Source of the DNA: a bacterium
GTDB lineage: Bacteria > UBA8248 > JACPRG01 > G963555815
Direction of reading: 5' to 3'
DNA length: 64,000 nucleotides
Assembly: GCA_965261595.1 (NCBI GenBank)
Contig: CBDHDG010000001.1
Span: forward strand, 96,001-160,000
The notes under the pieces are model-generated. The model saw only the letters and a list, made by a program, of their open reading frames with translations. It had not been told where the DNA came from and ran no database searches. The number at the start of each line of letters is the position of its first letter. Position 1 is the stretch's first letter. This document shows, piece after piece, positions 48,939-57,993 of this stretch. The position numbers and the translations under genes are program-made.

Positions 48939-49724
48939 TCAAGGCAGGTAGAACAACGGATCTTTCGCCCGTGCCCGATTCCGAATCTCAAAGTGCAGAT
49001 GCGGTCCCGTTGCGCGTCCCGTGCTCCCGACCAGCGCGATCACCTCGCCCTGCTTCACCCTTTTCCCTTTCCCGGCCAGGTTCTTGCTGTTGTGCGCATA
49101 GATGGTGTGAAACCCGTTGGGATGCCGCAATATCACCATCAGCCCGTATCCCCCCGGCCCGTTATCGCTGAAAATGACCACGCCGGCCTCGGCGGCGCGC
49201 AGGGGCGTCCCGCGGGGAGCGGCGATGTCGACGCCCTGGTGTTTTCGCTTTCCGCGCTTTCCAAAAAAAGACGTGACCTTGCCCTGAAGCGGCCAGACAA
49301 AATCCACCTCCGCGGGCAGGGACACCTTGCCGACCCGCTCCCGGCGAGGGGCCGATTTTCGGGGGGGCGCGGGTTTCGCCGCGGGCGTTCGAACCTCCCG
49401 CTTTCGTCCCGGCCAAGTCGGGATCTTCGCCGAAGCGGAGCGCCCGGTGGTTCCGCGGCGAATGGGCGAGACCCGCAACCGGCGACTCGCCCCGGGAACA
49501 TAAAGCCGGGTTCCGGCGACGATCCGGCGGGCGTCGGCAATGTGATTGGCCTTGACGAGAACATCTAAATCAACACCATAGGTTCGGGCGATCCGGTACA
49601 TCGTCTCGCCCGGTTGAATCGTGTGATAGACGCCGGGGCTGCGAAAGACCCGGGCGAGCGAACATCCCCCCAGGACCAACAATAGGACGCCTAAGACCCA
49701 ACCTGTCCGGCGGGCGCATCTCAT
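48939..49724 (-). CDS. LysM plus M23 peptidase lipoprotein (NlpD-like)
   Basis: LGGC lipobox, LysM domain, HQGVD, YAH, TGPHLHFE. Confidence 0.92.
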   Translation of the reverse strand: MRCARRTGWVLGVLLLVLGGCSLARVFRSPGVYHTIQPGETMYRIARTYGVDLDVLVKANHIADARRIVAGTRLYVPGASRRLRVSPIRRGTTGRSASAKIPTWPGRKREVRTPAAKPAPPRKSAPRRERVGKVSLPAEVDFVWPLQGKVTSFFGKRGKRKHQGVDIAAPRGTPLRAAEAGVVIFSDNGPGGYGLMVILRHPNGFHTIYAHNSKNLAGKGKRVKQGEVIALVGSTGRATGPHLHFEIRNRARAKDPLFYLP

Positions 49725-49772
49725 CCGATTTCTCGCCGCCCTCCGATTTTCGGACTCAGGCGTCTCCCCCGC

Positions 49773-50243
49773 CTACCGGTCCGCACAGGCGGCAAACGCC
49801 CGGGCCACGGCCTCTTCCGGGTCCTCGACTTGAGGCGCCTCCGGTGGGGCGATCCGGCATCCGACAGCGACCAGGGGCTTGGCCATCTGCAACGCGTGGG
49901 CCAGTTCCGACAGGGTTCCAAAACTGCCGTCCAGGGCGACAATCGCCTGCGCGGTCCGGACGATGATGATGTTCCGGGCGTAGCCCATCCCGGTTACGAT
50001 CGGAACGTCCACATACCGGTTCGCTTCGGCCGCGTCCTGGCCGGGCAAAATACCGATGGTGAGCCCACCCCCCTCTTTGGCGCCCCTGCAAGCGGCCTCC
50101 ATGACGCCTCCGAGTCCTCCACAGACCACAATCCCTCCCCGCTCGGCGATGTTTCGTCCCACGGCGCGGGCCAACTCATAGCCCTCCCCGCTCGGACGGC
50201 TTGCGCCAATCACTCCGATGACGGGCTTTCCGTAAGCGATCAT
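49773..50243 (-). CDS. LOG-family protein (TIGR00725-like)
   Basis: CGGLGGVMEAA, IGILPG, ARN, GTLSE. Confidence 0.88.
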   Translation of the reverse strand: MIAYGKPVIGVIGASRPSGEGYELARAVGRNIAERGGIVVCGGLGGVMEAACRGAKEGGGLTIGILPGQDAAEANRYVDVPIVTGMGYARNIIIVRTAQAIVALDGSFGTLSELAHALQMAKPLVAVGCRIAPPEAPQVEDPEEAVARAFAACADR

Positions 50244-50503
50244 TCGGACGCCTCCTACCGGGTCCCGGAAACCGGGGGACTGGATAGAAAAAAGGGAGGA
50301 GGGAAAAGGCAGGGCCGCGGCGTGTTGATCCCCGGTTCCCGGCGCCTAGGGATGCGGGTGCATCCATCTCAACGCGCTCAAAGGAATAAAACGAATTTCC
50401 TCGAATGTCAACGAATACCGGAAGGGCCTCTCAGCGCCGCCGGCAAAAACGGAGCGGGAGGAATGCGTCGCGGGGAAAGCTTTCCTTCAATCCGGCCGGG
50501 GTT

Positions 50504-51214
50504 CTAAACCTCGGATTTGAACTTATATCCCTTACCGCGAACCGTAAAAAAGTGCCGGGGACGGGTCGGATCCGGTTCAAGCTTATTCCTGAGACGCGCA
50601 ACGTGGATGTCCACCGTCCGCGTGACCGATCCCGCTTCGTAGCCCCAGATCTCAACAAGGAGCCGGTCACGCTCCAAGGTCTCTCCATCGTGCTCCAGGA
50701 AATACCACAGAAGGCTGAATTCCATCGGAGAGAGACTGATGATATTTCCCGCCCGAGTCACCTTCCGCTTGATGGAATCACAGGTGATGTCCGCGAAACG
50801 GTGAACAAACTGCCGGGTCCAATTTTCCGACCACCTGAGCAGGGCCTTGACCCTTGCGAGCAATTCCGCCAGATTCACCGGTTTGGTCAGATAATCGTCC
50901 GCGCCCGTCTCGAACCCCTTCAACATGTCTTCTTCCGGGGATTTCGCCGTCAGAAAAAGAATCATCAGGTCGGGGCATTCCACGCGCAGCTTCCGGCACA
51001 CCTCCAAACCATCCATACCCGGCATCATGATGTCCAGAATAACCAAGTCCGGCTGGTTCTCCATCGCGGCCTGGATGCCCGTCGAGCCGTCGGCGGCCGT
51101 GTTTACGTCGTAGCCTTCCGCAACCAGATCCTTTTCGAGAATCTCCAAGAACGGGCGTTCGTCATCCACCAAAAGGATTCGGGGCCGAGTCAAGATACCC
51201 CCCTTTCCATGCAT
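50504..51214 (-). CDS. OmpR/PhoB family response regulator
   Basis: LVDDE, LDIMMP, GADDYLTKP, RTVDIHVARLR, TVRGKGY; start may be TTG 51193. Confidence 0.95.
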   Translation of the reverse strand: MHGKGGILTRPRILLVDDERPFLEILEKDLVAEGYDVNTAADGSTGIQAAMENQPDLVILDIMMPGMDGLEVCRKLRVECPDLMILFLTAKSPEEDMLKGFETGADDYLTKPVNLAELLARVKALLRWSENWTRQFVHRFADITCDSIKRKVTRAGNIISLSPMEFSLLWYFLEHDGETLERDRLLVEIWGYEAGSVTRTVDIHVARLRNKLEPDPTRPRHFFTVRGKGYKFKSEV

Positions 51215-51780
51215 GAATCAGGGCCGCACCCGGCGGACCCATCCCGGCGCGCGCTTTGGCCCTTCAACTCAGAAAGCATTCCGTGTATGAATTAGGGCCG
51301 TAACCAGCGGTCCCCATAAGATCATCGGAAATTTTCTGTATTTACTTTAGTCCTTTTTAACCGATATTTTGTATGCCTTGTCTCCGTAAGACAAGGGACC
51401 TCAGGCGACCCTTCGTATTCAGGAAGGAATCGGTCCCACTCACTTATTTTTTTAAGTCATTCATTCCATGATGGTCGACCAATCGAGTTGAAGTCAACCT
51501 TTCGGCCAGTCATTTTCGGAATGTAAACAGTATGTTGATTCTGGCATGATTATCCGAAATCCAAAGATTCGTGAAACCTCCAGGACCTCGCCGTCAGGCT
51601 CTTTTCAGGATGATCCGGAAAGTCCGATGAAAAATGTGGTTTTGGAGGGGAGAGGGGGGCATCCGCCATTCAACGCGGAATCCGACTTCGGCGACACCCC
51701 AAACACGTCTGTCGCGCCCGGGACGCCGCCGGAGATTGAGACATCGGCGGCGCGGCGCCTTTTTCCTTCTGACCCTTGCC

Positions 51781-52680
51781 CTATTTCACGAGGAGATGTC
51801 GAAGGGCCGCCTCCAATTCCGGGTGACGGAACACATAACCCGCGCCTACCAACCGGGCGGGCTCGACACGCGTGCTCGCCAGGAGAAGGGCGTCCGCCAT
51901 CTCACCCAGCGCAAGCCGGGCCGCAAAGGCGGGAAGCGGAAAGATCGTCGGACGGCGGATAACGCGCCCGAGCGTTTTGGTGAATTCCAGATTGACAACC
52001 GGTGAGGGTCCAACAGCGTTCACCGGCCCCCGGAGCGCCTCGGTGATCATCGCGTGGTGGATCGCCCCAACGACATCGTCCAGCGCAATCCAGCTCATGT
52101 ACTGGCCGCCGCCCCCGATCCTGCCGCCCAGGCCCAACCTGAAGGGGAGCAGCATCTTCGCGAGCGCCCCGCCTCGATCGCTCAGGACAATCCCGATCCG
52201 GAGCCTCACGACGCGCATCCCCGCCCGATCCGCCGGCCCGCTCGCCGCTTCCCATTCCCGGCAGACCTCGGCCAGGAATCCCGCGCCGGGGGGGCTTTCC
52301 TCGGTCAGAACCTCATCTCCCCGGTCCCCGTAATAGCCGATCGCGGAAGCGCTCACCAAAACCTCGGGCGGCCGTTCAAGACCGGCCAGGGCTTCGCAAA
52401 GCAGCCGCGCACCCCCCACCCTGCTGCTCCGTATCTTCGCTTTCCGGCCAACCGTCCATCGCCCGCCGGCGATGTTCTCGCCCGCCAGATGGACCACGGC
52501 GTCCAGCCCCTCCAATCCGTCCCGATCCACCTCACCCTTTTCAGGATCCCATCTCACCTCATCACCGTCCGGCTTCGGCCGGGCCCGCACCAGGCGGGTC
52601 ACATGGTGGCCGCCCTCGACCAGAAAAGGGATCAGAGCCGAGCCGATGAGACCGCTCGAACCTGTGATGAGAACCTTCAT
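51781..52680 (-). CDS. NAD-dependent epimerase-family oxidoreductase (TIGR01777/YfcH-like)
   Basis: ITGSSGLIG, HLAGENI, SASAIGYYG, FLAEVCREWE, MSWI. Confidence 0.92.
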   Translation of the reverse strand: MKVLITGSSGLIGSALIPFLVEGGHHVTRLVRARPKPDGDEVRWDPEKGEVDRDGLEGLDAVVHLAGENIAGGRWTVGRKAKIRSSRVGGARLLCEALAGLERPPEVLVSASAIGYYGDRGDEVLTEESPPGAGFLAEVCREWEAASGPADRAGMRVVRLRIGIVLSDRGGALAKMLLPFRLGLGGRIGGGGQYMSWIALDDVVGAIHHAMITEALRGPVNAVGPSPVVNLEFTKTLGRVIRRPTIFPLPAFAARLALGEMADALLLASTRVEPARLVGAGYVFRHPELEAALRHLLVK

Positions 52681-52889
52681 GTCCGGGCCGCCTCACACCT
52701 TTGCGTTAAACGGAAGGTTCAGGACCGTCATCCCGCGTCCGGTTCCGCAATCCCGCGCGCGCGGACGGCGACCGAACCCGCCGCGGAGCGGGTTGTCGTA
52801 GGTTGTCGTAAGATTCAGCCGGGAAACACCCATCCCGCCATTCCCAACCCGGTCTTGCTTTGCGGCCGAACGGGGATCAGCGGGATCGC

Positions 52890-54002
52890 TTACCAAACCC
52901 CGTACATGAAGTCGCGGATGGCCGTGTAGGTCTCCGGGTTCCGGAGGCCCCGCTCGCTGAGGTAGGCGGCCATGATGCGGTTGAAGAAACCGTCGGCGGC
53001 CTGACAAACGTTCATCCCCTTCCCGTTCAAGGTCCGGTGGCCGCTCAACCGGCCGTGGCGCAGGAACACCGTTTCCAGCGGCGCGTAAACGGCGTCGTAG
53101 AACCGGACTTTCGTCGGGATCCGGGCGGACAACTCCGCCGAAAGCTTCTGGTTCTCCGACACATCCTTGCGCGAATCCTTCCACCAAGACGCGTAGAATT
53201 CGTTCTCCCGGCCTTCGGCCGGCCCGGGCGCGGAAGCCGGACGGGCGGGGGAGAGAGCGGAATACGGCTCCAGGCAAGTGGCTTGCCCGTCCGGAAGCTG
53301 CCGGGCGCCCCCCTGCCCTTTGACCGTCGCGTTCGCGATCAGGTCCACCTCCTGTGCGGCCTTCCCCAGATCCTTCTCCGCGATCCCCTCGGCCCGGCCT
53401 CCCGCCTCATTGACAGAGTCGGCCAGGGCCTGGGCGGCCTCCTCCGTCCGGTTGGCGATGTAGAGCGTCCGCCCCTCGGTCGCCTCGTTCAAATAATGGG
53501 CAAGCGCCGCCGCCGCGCCTCCCGCGCCGATCAGGAGCGCGCTTGCGCCTTTGAGATCGGGCAGGAAGGCCTCATTCTCACCCGGCTGGATCTGGGTGAT
53601 GCTATCGATTCCCCCCTGGGCGTCGGTGTTGCACCCGACCAGGCGGCCGTCCGCCTCTCTCACAACGGTGTTCACCGCCCCGATGCGGGCGGCCTTGGGC
53701 TCCACCTCGTCCACCAGGGGGATGATCTTCACCTTGTAAGGGACGGTGACGTTGAATCCCAGCAATTTGGGGTGGGCGCTCAGGGCCTTGAGCAACGCGG
53801 GGAGCCGCGACTCCTCCACATCGAAGGCGACATAGAAGGCGTCGAAATCAAACTTTTTCAGCGTGGGGTTCCAGATGACCGGGCTCTTGGCGTATTGGGA
53901 AGGACGGTCCCCCACGATGCCCACAAACCACGAAACCCCCTCGACCTCTTTCGGAAGCCGGTTGGAAATACAGTCCTGAACCGCATCAAGCTCGCTGACC
54001 AT
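52890..54002 (-). CDS. shikimate dehydrogenase-like protein, atypical
   Basis: NVTVPYK, GAVNT, NTD, GAGGAA, NRT, DAVYAP.ET. Confidence 0.85.
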   Translation of the reverse strand: MVSELDAVQDCISNRLPKEVEGVSWFVGIVGDRPSQYAKSPVIWNPTLKKFDFDAFYVAFDVEESRLPALLKALSAHPKLLGFNVTVPYKVKIIPLVDEVEPKAARIGAVNTVVREADGRLVGCNTDAQGGIDSITQIQPGENEAFLPDLKGASALLIGAGGAAAALAHYLNEATEGRTLYIANRTEEAAQALADSVNEAGGRAEGIAEKDLGKAAQEVDLIANATVKGQGGARQLPDGQATCLEPYSALSPARPASAPGPAEGRENEFYASWWKDSRKDVSENQKLSAELSARIPTKVRFYDAVYAPLETVFLRHGRLSGHRTLNGKGMNVCQAADGFFNRIMAAYLSERGLRNPETYTAIRDFMYGVW

Positions 54003-54073
54003 CGCTCTCTTTCCACGTCCGCGTTCCGGTTTAGTGTCTCCAAAAAATTGACACTTCACAAACCGCAGAGACA

Positions 54074-54151
54074 GCGGGCAAGATGCCCGCCCCACCCGGT
54101 TTGAAAACACCGGCTTTCCGCCATTCGGTAGGCCGGGCATCTTGCCCGGCC
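54074..54151. repeat. pair of oppositely oriented REP-like palindromes
   Basis: GTGGGGCGGGCATCTTGCCCGC (minus strand, 54074-54095) and GTAGGCCGGGCATCTTGCCCGGCC (plus strand, 54128-54151). Confidence 0.7.
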
Positions 54152-54202
54152 GGAAAGGGGCAATTCGGGTCTCGATATGAAAACCATTTTCGAGACACTA
54201 CA

Positions 54203-55075
54203 CTAGAGGGTCTTCCCCACCACCCGCGCGATGCCCCGAAGGTCGCCCATGAGGCCGTCGAACACCTCATAGCTCAGCGCCTGGAGCGGGTCCACCGCGG
54301 CCTTCTCCGGCGTCGGGTGAACTTCCAGGATCAGACCGTCCGCGCCCGCCGCGATTGCGGCCCGGGAGATGGCCGGCACGAACTTCCGGTTGAAGGTCGC
54401 GTGACTCGGATCGATGACGATGGGCAGATGGGAGTAGCTCTGCACGGCCGGGATGGCCTGAATGTCCACGATGAACCGGGCCGTCGGCTCATGCGTATGC
54501 GCGGCCGAAACCCCCCGCTCGCACAGGACGACCTGGTTGTTCCCGTGATGGTAGAGATATTCCGCCGCCCCCAGCCAATCCCGGATGCCGCATCCGAAAT
54601 GCCGCTTGAGAAGGACAGGCTTTCCGCACCGGCCAAGTTCTTCCAACAAGGGAAAGTTCTGCATGTTTCTCGCCCCGACCTGGATCATGTCGGCCGTTTC
54701 GGCCACCTGATCGACGAGGCGGACGTCGACCACCTCGGTCACGAGGGGCAGGCCGGTTTCGTCCCGAACCCGCCGCATGAACGCGAGCCCTTCCTCGCCC
54801 AGCTCGAAGGCGGTCTCGCTCCGGTACGGGAAGGTCATGGGCTTGTAGGCCCCGCCCCGCAGGAGGACGGCCCCGCTGGCTTTGACGTGGCCCGCGATGT
54901 CCCGAAGCTGGTCCAGGTTCTCGATCGTGCAGGGGCCGGCCATGACACAGAGCTTCTCCCCGCCGATCTCGACGTCCCCGACGCGGACGATGCTCGTCTC
55001 CCCCCCCTCCCGCCCGTCGCGCCGGGAGACCAGAGGGAAATTGTTCTCGATATCCTTCGATCCGATGTCCTTCAC
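54203..55075 (-). CDS. type I-beta DAHP synthase-like aldolase, atypical, no regulatory domain
   Basis: MAGPC, RGGAYKP, QVGARNMQNF, LLKR, LCERG, DPSH, LEVH. Confidence 0.9.
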   Translation of the reverse strand: MKDIGSKDIENNFPLVSRRDGREGGETSIVRVGDVEIGGEKLCVMAGPCTIENLDQLRDIAGHVKASGAVLLRGGAYKPMTFPYRSETAFELGEEGLAFMRRVRDETGLPLVTEVVDVRLVDQVAETADMIQVGARNMQNFPLLEELGRCGKPVLLKRHFGCGIRDWLGAAEYLYHHGNNQVVLCERGVSAAHTHEPTARFIVDIQAIPAVQSYSHLPIVIDPSHATFNRKFVPAISRAAIAAGADGLILEVHPTPEKAAVDPLQALSYEVFDGLMGDLRGIARVVGKTL

Positions 55076-55109
55076 AGTCCAACCTCTCTTCCCAAGAATC
55101 GAATCACGC

Positions 55110-56126
55110 CTACAGGGGAACGGCCCGACGCTCGCGGCTGGATTCGTAAACGGCGTCCATGGTCCTGGCCAGATGCACGCCGCTGTTCACCACGCCCGCG
55201 GCGGGCGCCTTGCGGGTCTTGACCGAATCCAGAAAGGCCTCCAGCTCCATGACAACCTGATCCACGGGACTGGCCGTCCCGATCACAGGGGCGTGCCCGC
55301 CCCCGCGCACGGCCGTCCATGTGCCGTCGATCAATTCATGCCGGATCTCGTGAACCGTCAGCTCTTCCACCTCGAAATCGGCGACGATGGTGGCCTTCGT
55401 TCCCATGACCCAGAGGTCCTTGGTGGTCATGGCGTTGGGGACGACCTTTTCGATCCACCGGCCCGGCTGGATGTACCCCGACTCCACCCTCCCGATGGCC
55501 CCGCCCGGGTATTCGAGCACGACCAGGGAGGTGTCCTCGAGGCCGCGGCCGAAGTGGTCCCGGACGACCGAGGTCAGGACGGTCTCCGCCGGACCGAGAA
55601 ACCAGTTGTAGAGATCGAAGAAATGGATGGCGTCCGTGTGGGTGACGCCCACGTCGTTCCGGGCCCGCTTGAACCCCAGGAAGTTTCCGGCGATGTAGCG
55701 GATCTCGCCCAGGGCGCCCGAGTCGATCCGCTCCTTGATGAACCGGGAGATGGGATGAAACCGGTAGTAATACCCCACCTGGAGAATCTTCCCGGTCTTC
55801 TCCACCAGGGATGCGAGCGCCTCGGCTTCCTCCGTCGCGACCGTGATGGGTTTTTCGACAAAAACATCCTTGCCCGCTTCGATGGCCTCGCGGCAGAGGG
55901 GGAAGTGGCTGTCGGATGGAGTCACCACGTCCACGACATCGGCCCCGTCCAGGAATTCCCTGTAGTCGGCCGAGAAGTGATCGGGCGAAATCCCGTACCG
56001 CTTGAGCAGCTCGAAGGCCCCGGGCCTCAGGTCCGCCACGTACAGGGAATCCGCCAAACCCATCCGGGCCCAGGCCTCGATGTGGTTCTTGCCGAACCCG
56101 CCAAGGCCGATCTGCAATACCTTCAA
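55110..56126 (-). CDS. Gfo/Idh/MocA family NAD(P)-dependent oxidoreductase
   Basis: IGLGGFGKNH, TP...H, VEKP, G...RFHP, D.IH..D. Confidence 0.9.
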   Translation of the reverse strand: MKVLQIGLGGFGKNHIEAWARMGLADSLYVADLRPGAFELLKRYGISPDHFSADYREFLDGADVVDVVTPSDSHFPLCREAIEAGKDVFVEKPITVATEEAEALASLVEKTGKILQVGYYYRFHPISRFIKERIDSGALGEIRYIAGNFLGFKRARNDVGVTHTDAIHFFDLYNWFLGPAETVLTSVVRDHFGRGLEDTSLVVLEYPGGAIGRVESGYIQPGRWIEKVVPNAMTTKDLWVMGTKATIVADFEVEELTVHEIRHELIDGTWTAVRGGGHAPVIGTASPVDQVVMELEAFLDSVKTRKAPAAGVVNSGVHLARTMDAVYESSRERRAVPL

Positions 56127-56313
56127 AGAGATGCCCCTATTTCGATGGACAGGTGAGCCGATGGAGTAGGAAACGTCCAAAATTCTAGGGAAGGGACGAA
56201 AGACTGTCAACCCGACGGACCCAAGGCTCAAAATGCCTGATCGGGCATGCGGGTCGTTTGACCCTTCCCGGCGTCTCCGGCTTGGGCGGTGGGATTCCGG
56301 ACGGTTTTCGAAC

Positions 56314-56345
56314 AAAAGAAAAGGGCGGCCCCTTGCCGCCCTTTT
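56314..56345 (-). terminator. intrinsic terminator of the tRNA operon
   Basis: aaaagggcggc-ccctt-gccgccctttt. Confidence 0.8.
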
Positions 56346-56365
56346 CCACTCAACCATAAAATTTC

Positions 56366-56442
56366 TGGCGGGGTTGACGGGACTTGAACCCGCGACCTCT
56401 GGCTTGACAGGCCAGCGTTCTAACCAACTGAACTACAACCCC
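56366..56442 (-). tRNA. tRNA-Asp(GTC)
   Basis: GGGGTTGTAGTTCAGTTGGTTAGAACGCTGGCCTGTCAAGCCAGAGGTCGCGGGTTCAAGTCCCGTCAACCCCGCCA folds as a cloverleaf with encoded CCA. Confidence 0.97.
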
Positions 56443-56466
56443 GTAGTAGTCATTTTCCATTTTGGG

Positions 56467-56539
56467 TGGGCGGAACAGGGCTCGAACCTGTGACCTCCGG
56501 CTTGTAAGGCCGGCGCTCTTCCAGCTGAGCTATCCGCCC
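56467..56539 (-). tRNA. tRNA-Val(TAC)
   Basis: GGGCGGATAGCTCAGCTGGAAGAGCGCCGGCCTTACAAGCCGGAGGTCACAGGTTCGAGCCCTGTTCCGCCCA folds as a cloverleaf. Confidence 0.96.
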
Positions 56540-56557
56540 CGTCCCCGCAGCCCTCAC

Positions 56558-56587
56558 AATATATGACCACGGCGGAAATCCCGTCAA
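56558..56587 (-). promoter_or_regulatory. sigma70-like promoter of the tRNA operon
   Basis: TTGACG-N18-TATATT about 20 nt upstream of tRNA-Val. Confidence 0.55.
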
Positions 56588-56724
56588 GCTGATTTGTCCT
56601 CGCTTCCGTCCCCGGGCGCCCGGGTCACCTCGCATCATCCATGAATGGACGCCAGGGGTTCAACCCATTAAACTTGGTCCTCTGTGATTCGATCCGCTCG
56701 TTCTTCGCTCCGGACACCCGATTG

Positions 56725-57753
56725 ATGACGAAAAAATCGCTTCCATTCAGTCCGCGCGGATCCGCCGTCTTCTTTTTGATTGCCGTCTTCGGCCTCGCCG
56801 CGTATTTCCCGGCGGCCTCCCGGGCGGCCGGACGGGTTCAGGTCGCCCTGGGGCCGTCCGTAACGACGGACATGATCGCCCGGCGCCTGCGCGATTCGGG
56901 AATCCTGAAGAAATGGGGAGCGGAAGCCGGTGTGGACTTTGAGATGAAGACCACCCTCAACGCCAACCTCCGTATCGCTAAAAACCAGTCGCAGATCGTC
57001 CTGATGAGCACCATCGACATCGCCCGCTTGGTGGTGGATGACGGGTTGGAGCTGGTGATCTGGGGAAAGGATTCCACGTCGTATGAGGGCTTGTACGCGA
57101 AGGCCGGCCGGCCGGGGGAGTCGCCGGGCGATTTCAAGGGCAAGAGACTCGTCCATCCGGGCTGGAATACGCGCGCGACGAGGATTGGAAAGGTCATTCT
57201 GGCCGCGCTCTCGGGGGTGGATGCCGAAACCGATTTCGAGATCGTGACGGCCCCCTGGCGCATCGGCCCCGAGAAACTCATCGAGGACGAGGCCGATATC
57301 GCCATCAACGCCATGCCGTTCGTTTTGAAATCCCTGCTCAAGAAGAAGCTCCGGGGCGTGGGCAAGAGTTTTGCGCGTGACTGGGCCGACAGGCGGGGAG
57401 GCGGCCGGCGGCTCGGCGGGTTGTTCTGGAGCGCCTGGCAGGGCTGGCTCGATCGGGAAACGCCCAAGGCCCGCGCCCTGTTGGCCGCCTGGGCCGAGGG
57501 GATGTCGTACGCCCATCAACAAACACAGGAATGGGCGCAAAAATATCTACCCGGATCCCTGCGCGGCGCGACGCCGGAGGACATCGAATATTTCGTTCGC
57601 TGGTTCCAGGAAGAACAACCCGTCTACAAGACCCCTTACCTTTCCGCCCGGGATGTCGAGGACGAAACGGCCTTTCTGAAACTCGCGGTGCGGCAGAAAC
57701 TCGTACGAGCGCTGCCGAAAAATTCCATTTGGCGGGTGATCCGCCCTCGATAA
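56725..57753 (+). CDS. ABC substrate-binding protein, SsuA/NMT1-like
   Basis: Signal peptide; SPGDFKGKRL, EDEADIAI, A.ALLAAW..G. Confidence 0.75.
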   Translation: MTKKSLPFSPRGSAVFFLIAVFGLAAYFPAASRAAGRVQVALGPSVTTDMIARRLRDSGILKKWGAEAGVDFEMKTTLNANLRIAKNQSQIVLMSTIDIARLVVDDGLELVIWGKDSTSYEGLYAKAGRPGESPGDFKGKRLVHPGWNTRATRIGKVILAALSGVDAETDFEIVTAPWRIGPEKLIEDEADIAINAMPFVLKSLLKKKLRGVGKSFARDWADRRGGGRRLGGLFWSAWQGWLDRETPKARALLAAWAEGMSYAHQQTQEWAQKYLPGSLRGATPEDIEYFVRWFQEEQPVYKTPYLSARDVEDETAFLKLAVRQKLVRALPKNSIWRVIRPR

Positions 57754-57993
57754 CACCGGGGCTCAAGCCGATGAGGATTGCGCGCGGAGGGGGGGGGGGA
57801 TGACCCGGCCCTTCGGGAGCAGGCCCTCCGATTGACCTCTCGCGGGCCATCTGGTAGGGTCCGAAACTCAAGATCCCGGCCATCCTTTTTCGCCTGAAAT
57901 CCCGGGCTCCCGCATGGGTCCTTGAGCCGCCGGGGGTTGATTTCATCGAATGTCTTCGGTCTCGATATCGGTCTCGATAGAGGAACGGCGCCC

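Noticed and set aside
48379..49724. nlpD-like/apt separated from and opposite to surE-pcm as a rearrangement signal
   Set aside because: Plausible but cannot be supported without a reference genome; no breakpoint signatures are visible.
50504..51560. Orphan response regulator with AT-rich upstream region
   Set aside because: A common arrangement; no convincing binding-site repeat identified.
56366..56539. tRNA-anchored genomic island
   Set aside because: No integrase and no duplicated tRNA 3' end found in the window.
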